Source: Eledone cirrhosa (lineage: Eukaryota). From it: 64,000 bases of DNA. Shown here piece after piece: positions 27,001-38,100 of this stretch; the stretch's first letter is position 1, and each line of letters opens with the position of its first letter. A model generated the notes under the pieces. That model was given only the letters and a program-made list of their open reading frames with translations, was not told where the DNA came from and searched no databases. The stretch is from contig OZ024742.1 of the NCBI GenBank assembly GCA_964016885.1, positions 42,780,001-42,844,000 on the forward strand, in the 5' to 3' direction. Made by a program: the position numbers and the translations under genes.

Positions 27001-30000
27001 TGGCCAAAGTACTACACAGTGGGACTGAACCTGAAACCACATGGTTGCAAAGGGAACCTTGAACCACAGAAGTGGTAAACGTGTAAAAACTATTCAATAA
27101 ATAGTAAAACTTTTGATCACATACTCATACACCTAATATTTCTCACACACATGCCCAAGTTAGTTCTGGGAAGACAATAGGGTCTTATAGAAAGCTGGCC
27201 TGAGTATTCTTTTAAATTTAAGTACACAGCAATCAGTTTTAATCCCATCCATACTGGAGAGGGTTGCAGAGGCAGATTCCTTGGACATGCCTATGAGAGG
27301 GCCCTATCAAAAGCAATTGTCTCCATCTAATTTGGTTGGTCCTCAATTGAGACAAACCAAGCTAATGGATGTTATCCAACCATCTTGCTTGTGATCAATC
27401 TCTGGGTCTCCTGCCTGTAAAATCTGTCCAGCAATTCTTTCCTTAGATATTCTAACCAAATGTCAGAGTATCGGAGCTGTGATCTCCCAATTTGAAGAAG
27501 TAACGGCTCTACCTGGAGTGACTCCCTTATCTCTGAGCTAAGCACCCTATTGAGTAAAGTCATATTTTGGTTGCTTGTATTCACAATTATATTCTTTTGG
27601 TCATAATCCAAGATTCATGACCATAGGTAAGGATTGGCACAAACATCGAATTAAAGACAGCAAGCTTTAGCTTTTTCACCTACCCTCATCTTCTGATTAT
27701 CAAGTGCTGAAGCTGGCACCACATAAAAGAAATAAAAGAATGCTCAAAACTACAATGGGATAAGTAGAGGTACTTACTTCTGGAAATCTGAAAATAGATT
27801 CACTTGCAACATATGCTGTTTGTCCATCTTGTGATTATTTGCCATTTTAACAGCCTCAAGCGCATGTTCAGGGCAAGTGTATTCAAGAAACACATAACTG
27901 AAATGGAGAGAAGAGATAAAAGCTAAGTAGTCACAGAAAAAGAAAAAAAGAGCTGCACTCACCCCAACAAAGATGCTCCACTGATTACCTGTCTTAGAGC
28001 TTAGTGCCAACTACCACACCCACCACTGCAGGTTTTCTTTGTTTTATATTGCCTAGAGTATTGGAATCATATCTACAGCTGACCTCCAATGGAGTTGCAT
28101 CTCAGAAGATTTCTTAGGTGTTTTAATAATAGGGACCCAGTTTTATCAAAGTGCCTTGCTCAAGAACATAACATACTGCCCAGCCCAGGAATCAAATCCA
28201 CAGCCTTATGATTCTAAGTCCAACATCTTCACAATTATAAAGTGTGTTCAATTTTTTGGCCACATGCCATGTTATGCTTGAGCAAGGCTCTTTACTTAAT
28301 GTTGCTCCATTTTACTCAATTGAAAAAATAGTACCAACTGCAATGGATTGGCATAATTAGTTTTGTCTGGTAAGAGTTAGACAAGACATATTTTGAGACA
28401 GAATTCTACAGCCAGATGGATGCCCTTACTGATGCCAACCCTTATTTGTTTCCTTAGTAAAGTATAGATCTTCATATACTTAACTGCTAAGCTGCCTGTG
28501 ATGTTGAATGTAAAATGACAAACAGAAACACACACACATACATCATGGGCTTCCTCAATTTCTGTCAACTAAATTCCACTCACAAGGCATTTGTGGGCCC
28601 GAGACTGTAACAGAAGATACTTGCCCATGCCCAAGACCATAGGGTTGAGAAGCAATCTTCTTCACCACACATAAGCTGAGAAAAGATCAGCTTCATATCT
28701 GACAAGTGCAAAAGAATAGTCAACAGTAAGAATAATTGAGAAATGAACTCCTTCATATACTTGGAAGGTTCACTAGAAGTAATAGATAACTTCTGTCTAG
28801 GGGACCTTATTAGTAGTGAAGGTACATGTACTGAAAGTAATGAGAGTATGAGTGTACTGAGAATAAAAGGAATTGAATATAGTGTGCAAGAGAGATGATT
28901 GCACTGGTATGGTTATGTGATGCATAAGGGAAGTGAGAGCTGTATAAAAGGATGTAAGAGGGAGACTAAGGAAGATGTGGGATGACATTGTAAGAAAGGA
29001 GATGGGAGGTTTTATTTCAGAGAATTACAGTTGGTTTTGGGTTGGTTGGCATTAAAAGTGTGAAGCAAGCAGTGCTATATGTTTATATCCTGTAGCTTTG
29101 TAGTTCCACAAAAGTCAATAGAATAAGTACCATATTTAGAAATAGAGCATGGATTAGGACCAGGAAAGGTTGCAGAGTACCATGTCAAGTCTAGTCCAAC
29201 CCATGCCAGTATAGAAAAGAGGATGTAGAAATGTTGAAGGAAAACTGACAACAAACTACACACAAGATGAAGGGATGGTGAATAGAGGGAGGGGACAAGA
29301 TACTGAAAGGCGAGGATAAAATATATTTTTAAAAAAAAAGCACTACTGAATAGATAAATAGATCTGTAGCCAGCAATATTTAACACTCACCCCCTATTTT
29401 CGCCACTTTCCATTGGATAATGTTCGGTTCTGATCTTGCCAAAGCGTTGGAAAATCTTTCTGATAACATTCTGTAGTTTCTCAAACCTCTCAGGGCCAAC
29501 AATTGGAACATTGTCAACAACAACAACAGAATCAAAACCATCATATTCTGTTGGTTTGTCCTTCAGCAGGTCTCCAATTAGTTCTGCAAGAACAAAAAAA
29601 AAAAAAAAAAAAACTGAAGTAAAACAATTCTTTACCATATTAGAAATGACATACAATGCCCATGGTTTTTTTAAAAAAAAATAATCAAGAACTTAAAGGA
29701 ATCTAGTCATATAAATAACTCATTATTAAGCTGGTATTCAGGGTGGTGGATTGGCAGTATTGGTAGAGAGTCAGACACCACGCTTTGCAGCAAAGAGTTA
29801 CGGTCCTTTACGGCCAGAGTTCAAATCCTGCCACAGTTAACTTTGCCTTTCATCCTTACGGGGTCGATAAAATAAAGCACCAGTAACGTACTAGGGTTGA
29901 TTTAACAGACCCCCATTTACTGACCTTGTGCCTATACTAGAAATCATTATTAAGCTGGTATTTGGAATATAAAGGTTCTGACATAAAATTATGATAGGTT

Positions 30001-31423
30001 TTTAGATAAAATATAAACAAAATCTGCCATTTGATAGAAAATGTGATCATTTCACAGAAAATATATTATAATGGGTTCATTTACAGTATCTTTACTAGTG
30101 GACAGATTGTTGTTAAAATCTGATTATGAGAGTAAAAACTAATGTAATACAGGACATTAAGAGTTAAGTTGGTGTTTGGAGCACAAAGGTATTTACATAT
30201 ATATAAACACTTTAACATTTACATTACTCAATATTTAATATTGAGATTTTGATATTTATTTTGAGGACAATACCTTAACATCAGTATGATTGGCCAGTTT
30301 GAACAGAAAGAGGCGAGAGAATTCTGGCCAGCCGGTTTAAATGCTAAATGGTTTAAAACAGTTTCAGGTGATTTAGTATCAAAGAGGTTCAATGAACCCA
30401 ATGCATATTTTAAGAAGCAGTTATATTTCATTTAGTTTACAACAGGCAAGAGTCAATGATTGCCTTCAATTTGTCCCAAATCTGGGGATCAATATATTTC
30501 TAGAAATAGCTGACACTAGAAACTGTCAGTGTTTATGTTTTAAAGGATTGAGAACTCATCAGTTTTCAAGGATATGACAACCTCCCCAGTGCCGGTGTCA
30601 CGATAATATAACCAGTATATTCTATAAAATGTCATTAAGCAGAGCATCCAGCTGAAGAAATCATGCCCAAATGAGAAGCTATGCAAGCAAAATGTACCCA
30701 TTGGTTTGTCTGGGGACAGTAGCTCCGATTAAGTACTGACAACCCAATCTACCGAAACCAGCATTAAAAAAAATGGCGTTAAATGATATAACAGCTAAGT
30801 GGCTAAGTTTATATTCCTGAATTCCATCCCATTGCACAAGAGCCCACAGTAGCCATATGTCCAATATCGTCTGTGTGCATATATTACAATTGTTCGTTGG
30901 AGAAACAATTATAACACACAGGGTTTCTCCCTGCGTACAAAGGCTGGTTATATGATGCCTGTGAGAGGAACGCGATGCTGCATGGTAGAGAGACATGGGC
31001 AACAACTGCAGAGAATATGTGACGGTTGGAAAGAAAGGAGACAAGCATGCTCCGTTGGATGTGCAATGTCAATGTGCGTGAATGACCCAGCATGAATGTG
31101 TTGAGAGAGAAACTGTGTCTGAGAGGGATAGAATGTAGTGTGCGAGAGAGGAGACTGAGGTGGTATGGACATGTGATGCGCATGGAGGATGACCGATGGG
31201 CCAGGAAATGCCAGTTGAAGGAAGACGTGGTAGAGATAGGCCACGAAAAACATGGGCAGAAGTGGTGAGAACAGACCTCAGATCGCTGAAGCTCACGATG
31301 GAGATGACGAAGGACCGTGACAAGTGGAGAGATGCTGTGCTTGCAGGCAGGGAAAAGCGGACGTAAAATGATGATGATAATAAATTGTGTTTCAATGCAT
31401 CACTGATTCTTCATTTTCCATAT

Positions 31424-31456
<33 letters not shown>

Positions 31457-34400
31457 GTGTGTGTGTGTTGATAGGGCCATGTGGTCGAGAATTTTGCCTT
31501 ACAACAATACAGTTTTATGTTTGGGGTAACAGCCTAATATAATAACACTGAAATGGTAGTAAGATCATCATCATCATTGTTGTTTAACATCTATTTTCCA
31601 TGTTTGCATAGGTCAGACAGGTTGTCATGCTGAAGCCAAAGTAATCAGGTGACAATGTCCAATTTGTACACTCGATTTTGGCTGTTACTACAGTTGGATG
31701 TGCTTCGTAATGCCAACCACTTTACAACACGTATTAGGACCATTTTATCATGACTGGCACTACCACATTACAGGGTTGACTGTGTGTATATTGCCATGGT
31801 AACTGAACAAAAAATGGGGAGAGTGGAATAACACACACTAATATATGGCTGATTTTTTTAAAAAGACTTTAAATTTACAAAAGTGAAAAAAGATTTGTCA
31901 AAAGAAAATGTCAGTCATGGAGACTGAGGACACTGAAAGTCTCATTGGTCAATGTCTGGCATTTAGCCAAAATTGGTGGTAGCAGTCATTAACAAAAGTA
32001 AGAGTGGTAACACAGACTGGAATCAAGGAATAAACTCTTTTGCTACTAAAACACCCGAATTTACTCCTAGTTTTATGATACAAAACTGTTTATTTAAAAA
32101 TGTTTGTATTCATCTACAAACATTCCAACATAATTTTATGTAAGAACCTGTTATGATCAAATCACCAAATTAATAATGAGAGAACCATATTACTAAATCC
32201 CTCCATCTTTTTGATAATTTTCAAAATTAATTAAAATACATAGTTTCATTAAAAGTATGGTGAAAAGAGGGTTAAACAAAAAATAAAGATGATACATTGG
32301 GATTGAATAGAATGATAATGAAACAAAAGTTGAAAAGTATTTGCCAAAAAAATAATATGAAATATACAACATAAAGAGATATTAAATGGTGATGATGATT
32401 GTTCTGTAACTGAGAGGTTCAACAAAAAGAGATTGATAAAAATAAGAACCAGGCTTTAAAAAAATAAGTACTAGGGGTGATATGATCGATTAAATCCTCA
32501 TTAAGGGTGTGTTGTAGTAGCATAGCCACAGCTAATTACTGAAACCAACAAAAGAACAACTAAAAATACCATTGACACAATTGAGTATTTTCACATGGAT
32601 AAGACATGTTGAATTGGCAACCTATTGAGAACAGGTAATTCACAAACTGAAAATATACATACATAGACTTAGTAGTAGAGTAGAGAGAGGAAAGGGAAGA
32701 GTACTGTCAACTGAGGACAAACCACTCTCATTAAACACAAACACTGAACTCACTAACACACCCATCCATTAACATACCTCTCAACAAAATAATTCAGATA
32801 CACCTACAGAAAAAGAAATCAACATATGGTACATCAAACTCGACACGGAGAAACTTCTTGCATATTTCCTGATATATAACTTTCAAATCATTTTGAAAAT
32901 ATCCAAAATAATTGGAGAAATTTACTAACAGCTAATTTCTCCATTATGAAGCTGCTGTTGAAAATCAGCTCTTGGACAAATAATTTTGGGAATAATCAAG
33001 AATTTGGAAGGATTTAGTAATATAACTTTCCCCACTATTAACCTTTTAGCATTACACTATATTTACTATTGTATTTTCACAGAAAAGGCTTTATCTCAGA
33101 TAATATCGAATCTATGAGATTTTGATATCTATTTTGAGAACAATAACTTAATGCTGGTATGAGCGGCTGGTTACAGCCAGTTTGAACAGAAAAAGATGAG
33201 TTCTGGCTGGTTTAAATGTTAAAGGGTTAATAAGCTGGTGTTTGGAAAATAAAACTTCTTACATAAAATTATGATGAAAGGTTTTTTTTTTAGATAAATA
33301 TAAACACTTTGAAACAACAGCTTAACCCTTTAGCATTTAAACTAGCCGTATCCGCCCAGAACCCTCTCACCGCTTTCTGTTCAAACCAGCTTCTCATACT
33401 GATGTTAAGATATTGTTCTCAAAATAAATAACATCAAAATCTTGTCTTTACTGTGAAAATACAATAGTAAATATAGAGTAATGTGAATGCTAAAGGGTCA
33501 TTTTCAAGCACACCTAAGAATTTGTAAAATTGAAGATTATAATTTTCCTCTGTACACTGGTTTTTTTGGCATTCACCAATAGTGTCCCACGTTCTACATA
33601 GTTACACAATCTGCTAGAAATCGCAACCAAATCTTCAGTAAAAGACAGTGCTTGGGTTTTTGGCCAAAGTGATGAAATTTTAAAGGTGTTGAGGAAACAT
33701 GAATATTTTATCCATTGTTCCTCAGTCAAATGGACAATGTAGTCACTGATATACAAAACACAAGATAGTCACGACTGGAATGTCTTTGATATTCAATCTG
33801 TTTGAATGCGAGTTAAACAACATATGGTATATCAAAAATGAAGTTTGTGTGCTATGACCACAAATTAGTTACAGTGCCAACTATAAGCAACAAACTAGCT
33901 ATATGAACAAAATAAGAGAGCATCTACAAAGTTGCTCCCTCTGCAAGAACAAGCAACCAAATTACCCTCAAATCACACCCTACCATCCAAAATAAAAGAC
34001 ATTATTAAAAAGTTGATATGGTCACAGTTGTGATATCTTTGCTCATAGTCTATTCCCAGATCAAAATTAGATTAGGTCTGATCCAGAGCTAAACATCAAA
34101 CTGCAGGGGGCAATGGATAACATATTCATATTTCCCCAACATCTTTGAAATCTCAAGCACTGTGCTGCTTGTAACACAGGAGCAGAAAATAACTAAACAC
34201 TGATTTGATTGACTGCTCCCTTTTCGTGGCAGTCGCCATAGAAACCCCTGGAATACCCCCCCCCCCAGCTCTTTGAATGAATCAGAATGGCTGATGCAGC
34301 AAGTGTTGCTGGTCTCCTCCCCACAGCAATGCTAACTTTATCTTGTCCACAAAGTGCAACTGAGATATACCGCATCTCCCTTTTTTTAATATTAATAATT

Positions 34401-37400
34401 TTTCTGCTATTTTAATCATTTAAAAAAAAAAATTGAATACCTTTGAATCTAGTTAATGAATAAGTACAAAGTATGATAGACCTACACACACATATATATA
34501 TATACACATAAAGGAACAGTCTGTCAAGCTAACAGCTGGTTAGTAAAATTGAAGGGAGGGAAGCAGGTACATGTGTGAAAGCAAACACACCTCAATGACA
34601 TGGTTATAGTTTTGATAACAGCAGGTGGTAACAAGGGGAGATAACACAGCATAAAGGAGTTATTGAAAAGTGGAAAAAAAAAACAAAACAAAAGAAAACA
34701 CAAAAAAAAAACACACACACACACACACAAAGCCAGACTATTTGTGCCAGATCAAAGCGAGTAGATATAAAGAATACGTAGACACACATACAAACAGTTC
34801 TATAGACAAAATCTAATCACCATTACATATGTTCGGTCTCACGGAGCCTCAATGAGGTCGTTCAACCTGCCAAAAATAACAGCCAAATCTCCCTTAAATT
34901 ACGCACGAGACAAAACATACACACGGGAAGTCTCTTCATGTAGGTAATAGATTTAAAGTAAAAAGCCTGATAGCATGTGTGAAGGTAATTATATATACAC
35001 AGACAACTACAAGCAAGATTTTCACGTCACCGATTATTCAAACGGTTGAAGATGGAAGCAGTGTGACGATATATGATTAAAAATATTGATGAAATCATCG
35101 AAATATATGATTAATCATATAGATTGTATTGGTTACTGGAAAAAATACCTAACTATGTGTATACAGACACATAGTGTGGGTGTTAAAAAGAAACCGTTTA
35201 CTGTGATCAATCGCATACTGATGAGATAGTTTTAAGTTAATTACCACTACCTCCACCTGCTTTTACAGACACAGATGACCAATTATCTGACTATACAATG
35301 ATCCACCAACTCGTCTTTCAAATGTCCACGACCACCTGAAGGCCACAACATCCCACATTACCATATGCCAATAATAAACTCATCGCCACCACCGTTTCGT
35401 GCTGGTATGGGTTGTCTCGTTCAGAGACTACATAGGTCAGATGACCACGTCTTGCTCATAAGTTCCATTTTAGTAATTATCACACCAACTTGTCTTCTAA
35501 ATGCTTCCACTATTAAAGGCCAGAACATCCCTCACCTCTGACGACAGTGCTACCATATGCCAATAACTTCTAGCTTATAATTAACCACCAGAAAAGTGCG
35601 ACCAAACTCGACACTTCATAAGACAAGTGCTATCCTGTCAACATTTTCCTTGTAAAATAATTCTACACTTTAAGTATATGTATTATCTACCTTTTCAATT
35701 AATGTATGAACTATGCCAAACTCAGAACAAACCAAGTGTGGTGGCCCCGGTCTATCTGAGGTCAGTAACACCGATTAAATAGATCTGGTCTGTGGCAAAC
35801 CAGGCAAGCATGGAAAAACGGATGTTAAATGATGTTTGCCTTATATTTTTAGAAGAAAAAAAGTGGCAGTGACTTCGAAAGATTTCAACGTGGAAGCGGA
35901 ATCTCCCGTCACTACTTTAAAAATAAACGTGTTAAAAATTCATTTATAGTTCTTTTTCATATTTATGTAATTATCGATGGTTTTTGAGCCAACTGAGTGA
36001 AACGGTCTCTAATTTAAGCAAAAAGCCAGAAAGTTTGGAGGAGGGGAAAGACGAATATTTGACTGGCATTTTATTTTATCAATCGTAGAGGATGAAAGGT
36101 AATGTTGATCTCGAACTCTGAATGTAAAGAGCAGGAACAAATGTAGCATAACCTTTTGTACGACGCTCTAACGATTCTGCTAATCCATGATCCCTAATTC
36201 AGTTATAGTTAATGCAAACTAACTCGAGAGAATTTCCTTTTAACAATGATAAATTACTATTTCAGACTAAGATACATGACTATAAATGTATCTCCGTCGT
36301 TTTCGACGACGAGTTTTCAAACGGAACAACCTGCACGTGAAATTAACATGCAAGTGGACAAGCATATCACAGACGCGTGTACTCTGAAAGTAATTCTCCT
36401 GGAGAATAAATGAACAATCGATGGAATTAACTCCTTAACGTCTACTACTGGTACTTTATAAGCGTAATTCTTGATACCAAACCGCCCCAGGTTCTACGAC
36501 ACCAAGCTGTTTATTTTAAAGTTATATTTATCTAAAAACATTCCACCATAATATAATGTAAGAACCTGAGTTAAGTTCCAGACACCAGTTTAGTAATGAG
36601 AAAGTTATATCAACTAAATCTTTCCAAATTTTCGAATATTTTCAAGATCGTCTTTCATTAGAAATATGGTAATGAAAAGGTCAACACAGAACCCAGAAAA
36701 GTATGGAATAGAATGGTTATAGAGATTTCCAAAATATCCACGATGTCAAGAATATTGATGGAGGGAGGGGCCATACCCCATTAAATCGACGCAATATATT
36801 GTACTAATTTTACAATCCTACTCTCTCTATTTGGATTTGAACTCAGATTGTAAAGGAATGTAACTAAATACTGCAAGGAGGATGTATTGATTCTGCCAGC
36901 CACCATCTTTTAATAAAGGCATAACGCCTAAGGATGAGGCGACACGAGATAAATATGGGCACAACTACAAAGGAAAGTGTTTATATATAATGGTGTTCCC
37001 TTAATGAACGGAAGGGAAATAATTTAAATGTGGTACTATATTTCAATGAGAGGTGATTTTTACAGTTTCGTTTAATCCGGTGATGAAATTATCAGAATAT
37101 CCGTATATAAATGCCAGCATGGTAGGCGAACGTAAAATGATGACTATACGGGGATATTAGTCCACGGTATCAGTTCTCGGGCATATATATATTCTCTTTC
37201 CAAACTTTGAATATAGCCAGCTATATAATATATATAATTCACAAGCAGACACTTGTCGCCTACCATGAAAACCAGCTGACATGTAGACAATGTCGGAAAA
37301 ATTGATAGACAAGCTGGCCATATCATTTCATACCTATATTCTCTCTCTCTCTATATATATTCTTTTGATCTTATTCTAAAGCATCGCAAGGACCTGGAAG

Positions 37401-37979
37401 TATTTTCATCCACGAAATCATTTAGTAATGCATTTAATGAGTCAAACTGTAAATATATATTCTCAATTTTCATACTGTGTTGATTGCTCTTTTTCATCGT
37501 TTTTACCCATGCTCACATATACATATATATATAACATACTACACAGTCAAATACATGCTTGTATACAGAATAAAAATAGAATTCCAGATGTATTTGTGTA
37601 TACTTATATATAAAACAAACGAAATTGGCATAGAAATATGGAGGGAAAGAAAGGGAATAGGAATGAGTGAAGAGAGGGGGAGCTAGTGAAAGGGCAATAA
37701 GATGGGAGAGAGAAAGACAGAAAAGCAATAAGAGGGAGGAGCAATTGAAAGAGCGATGCTACTCACCCCACTCCTCCCGCCATTGCAACAAGCCGGAGTA
37801 GGAGAGAAGACGAGAAAATAAGTAGAAATATCACCTTCTTCAGTAATGTCATCTACAAATCCCTCCGGGTCACTGAAATTTGGTTCTTCATCGGCATCAT
37901 CTTCAATGCCATTCTGCATCGTTTTCTCTGCTTTTTTCTTATTTTTCTTCAATTCCGAACCTTCATTGTCGGCCGCCAT
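4332..37979 (-). CDS. EIF3B: Eukaryotic translation initiation factor 3 subunit B, whole gene span (17 coding exons, ~704 aa)
   Basis: Exons join in frame through GT-AG introns. The protein has the eIF3b RRM ([13 protein letters not shown]...GYVFLEY), the beta-propeller motifs ([35 protein letters not shown]) and the acidic C-terminus ([16 protein letters not shown]). Confidence 0.97.
4756..4797. repeat. (GA)n microsatellite
   Basis: About 21 perfect GA units. Confidence 0.95.
4851..5056. mobile_element. piggyBac-like MITE (~205 bp)
   Basis: TTAA|CCCTTTAGCATTT...AAATGCTAAAGGG|TTAA. Related copies at ~635-800, 3330-3463, 14050-14215, 15302-15502, 21170-21374, 30225-30355, 33038-33230 and 33322-33498. 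Confidence 0.8.
5312..5420 (-). CDS. EIF3B: EIF3B coding exon 16
   Basis: [36 protein letters not shown]; TAG/GTAAGT. Confidence 0.93.
5499..6005 (-). mobile_element. Internally deleted mariner element
   Basis: TA-flanked TIRs CAAGGGGGCTTCAA(A/C)AAGTTTGTGGAAAAA. ORF 5548-5793 fuses the transposase N-terminal HTH ([30 protein letters not shown]) to the C-terminus ([10 protein letters not shown]). Confidence 0.9.
6149..6626. repeat. Tandem duplication, 2 x 238 bp
   Basis: 6149-6386 recurs apparently identically from 6387. Confidence 0.93.
6756..6926 (+). mobile_element. tRNA-derived SINE (family A) with 17-bp TSD
   Basis: A-box TGGCAGTCTCGG, B-box GAGTTCAAATCC, body CTTTGCCTTTCATCCTTACGG.GTCGATAAAATAAAGTACCAG; TSD ATTATTTTATGTAAGAA on both sides. 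Confidence 0.88.
7907..8110 (-). CDS. EIF3B: EIF3B coding exon 15
   Basis: [33 protein letters not shown]...KASK; CAG/GTTTGT. Confidence 0.96.
8200..9230 (-). mobile_element. Degraded RTE-clade (Rex3/Expander-like) LINE fragment
   Basis: RT motifs [13 protein letters not shown] and [22 protein letters not shown], broken by frameshifts. Confidence 0.8.
9938..10076 (-). CDS. EIF3B: EIF3B coding exon 14
   Basis: [10 protein letters not shown]...[27 protein letters not shown]; TAG/GTAAGT. Confidence 0.96.
10854..10932 (-). CDS. EIF3B: EIF3B coding exon 13
   Basis: [25 protein letters not shown]; CAG/GTAAGT. Confidence 0.95.
11152..11360. repeat. ~38-bp minisatellite, ~5 units
   Basis: Unit CACAATGTAT(A/G)AAGTGTACTG(A/G)GTG(C/T)CCAGTTCAAG, with alternating variants. 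Confidence 0.9.
11774..11896 (-). CDS. EIF3B: EIF3B coding exon 12
   Basis: [28 protein letters not shown]...GKVEVL; CAG/GTGAGT. Confidence 0.95.
11975..12150 (-). mobile_element. 3' end fragment of the CR1-type LINE family
   Basis: Matches the 3' terminus of the element at 43536-43720 (AATTATTG.GTACA.TG.TCAGGTGCA...GGAAGCATGGAGGTTTT). Confidence 0.8.
12730..12802 (-). CDS. EIF3B: EIF3B coding exon 11
   Basis: [24 protein letters not shown]; CAG/GTATTC. Confidence 0.94.
13237..13477 (-). CDS. EIF3B: EIF3B coding exon 10
   Basis: [17 protein letters not shown]...[25 protein letters not shown]...YTYR; TAG/GTAAGT. Confidence 0.96.
13548..13930 (-). mobile_element. Two head-to-tail family A SINEs
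   Basis: Two consecutive reverse-complement copies, each bounded by TTAATAAT. Confidence 0.88.
14953..15038. repeat. (GAT)n-(AT)n compound microsatellite at the tail of an RTE-related SINE
   Basis: CCCATGCTAACGTGGAAAACGGACGTTAAACG tail followed by GAT repeats, then AT repeats. Confidence 0.9.
15121..15167 (-). CDS. EIF3B: EIF3B coding exon 9 (47 nt)
   Basis: [16 protein letters not shown]; CAG/GTAAGA; phases match both neighbours. Confidence 0.93.
15708..15820 (+). mobile_element. Older RTE RT fragment, left half (interrupted by the 15821-19610 element)
   Basis: Translates as SLIVNCYK...[18 protein letters not shown]. Confidence 0.8.
15821..19610 (+). mobile_element. Near full-length RTE-clade LINE (APE endonuclease, RT, PHD-like finger), inactivated
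   Basis: APE motifs ([41 protein letters not shown]), RT motifs ([24 protein letters not shown]), Cys/His finger, C-terminal [18 protein letters not shown], and a (GAT)n tail. Several stops, frameshifts and deletions. Confidence 0.95.
19611..20270 (+). mobile_element. Older RTE RT fragment, right half
   Basis: Resumes as [19 protein letters not shown]; degraded EKYL, KLRVDE, YTDEL and finger remnants. Confidence 0.82.
20532..20598 (-). CDS. EIF3B: EIF3B coding exon 8
   Basis: [22 protein letters not shown]; CAG/GTAAGT. Confidence 0.94.
20713..20953. repeat. Near-perfect palindrome (~120-bp arms, almost no spacer)
   Basis: Unique flank plus SINE 3' end, mirrored around ~20836. Confidence 0.93.
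21640..21771 (-). CDS. EIF3B: EIF3B coding exon 7
   Basis: [43 protein letters not shown]; CAG/GTAAGT. Confidence 0.95.
22206..22363 (-). CDS. EIF3B: EIF3B coding exon 6
   Basis: [29 protein letters not shown]...IDFSPCER; not in the ORF track, read manually; CAG/GTGAGT. Confidence 0.95.
23040..23171 (-). CDS. EIF3B: EIF3B coding exon 5
   Basis: [20 protein letters not shown]...LAEERS; CAG acceptor, GTGAGT donor. Confidence 0.94.
23200..23427. mobile_element. Second piggyBac-like MITE family
   Basis: TTAA|CCCTTTT...AAAGGG|TTAA. Related copies with CCCTTTTGTTACC / GGTAACAAAGGG ends, e.g. ~39812-40183. Confidence 0.65.
24519..24576 (-). CDS. EIF3B: EIF3B coding exon 4
   Basis: [19 protein letters not shown]; TAG acceptor, GTAAGA donor. 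Confidence 0.93.
25097..26070. mobile_element. Longer non-autonomous piggyBac-like element carrying two SINEs
   Basis: TTAA TSD and CCCTTTAG/CTAAAGGG termini; internal AAAATCTCGTCAATTCGAGA motif related to the short MITE; SINE pair at ~25671-26007. Confidence 0.8.
26930..27070 (-). mobile_element. tRNA-derived SINE family B (CORE-like), representative copy
   Basis: Minus strand GGTTCAGTCCCACTG...TTGGCCAAGTATCTTT...GTGAGTGAAATTTAGTAG. Other copies at ~985-1110(+), 2345-2490, 6040-6160, 12360-12510 and 28545-28670. Confidence 0.7.
27290..27690 (-). mobile_element. Degraded RTE (Rex3-like) 3' fragment
   Basis: [23 protein letters not shown] resembles the RTE C-terminus. Confidence 0.75.
27778..27897 (-). 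CDS. EIF3B: EIF3B coding exon 3
   Basis: YVFLEY...[19 protein letters not shown]; CAG acceptor, GTAAGT donor. Confidence 0.95.
29391..29583 (-). CDS. EIF3B: EIF3B coding exon 2
   Basis: Poly-T tract + CAG acceptor; [11 protein letters not shown]...[18 protein letters not shown]...; donor GTGAGT. Confidence 0.95.
29741..29943 (+). mobile_element. Family A SINE with 19-bp TSD
   Basis: A and B boxes; TSD TCATTATTAAGCTGGTATT. Confidence 0.87.
30920..31380 (+). mobile_element. 5'-truncated RTE 3' fragment
   Basis: MLHG.ETW...[13 protein letters not shown]...[10 protein letters not shown]; (GAT)n tail. Same subfamily as 46455-46835, 49020-49282 and 56008-56242. Confidence 0.88.
37835..37979 (-). 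CDS. EIF3B: EIF3B coding exon 1
   Basis: ATG MAADNEG...[18 protein letters not shown]; donor G|GTGATA, phase 1. Confidence 0.92.
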
Positions 37980-38100
37980 CGTTGAACACCTCGTGTGCTA
38001 CAAGTCGAAAGGGCGCACGCTCCAACAACACTTCCGGTCTCTATCTTCGGTCGATTCCGTACAAACTCGTTACGTTCGGAGTAGAAATAAACTTAAAAGA
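37975..38100 (-). promoter_or_regulatory. EIF3B core promoter / 5' UTR
   Basis: CpG-rich. ETS-type ACCGGAAGT at 38030-38038 (minus strand), pyrimidine run CCCTTTC at 38007-38013, and a YY1-like GATGGCGGC overlapping the ATG. Confidence 0.55.

Noticed and set aside
35295-35570. Diverged ~80-bp direct repeat in EIF3B intron 1
   Set aside because: An old, degenerate local duplication with no sign of function.
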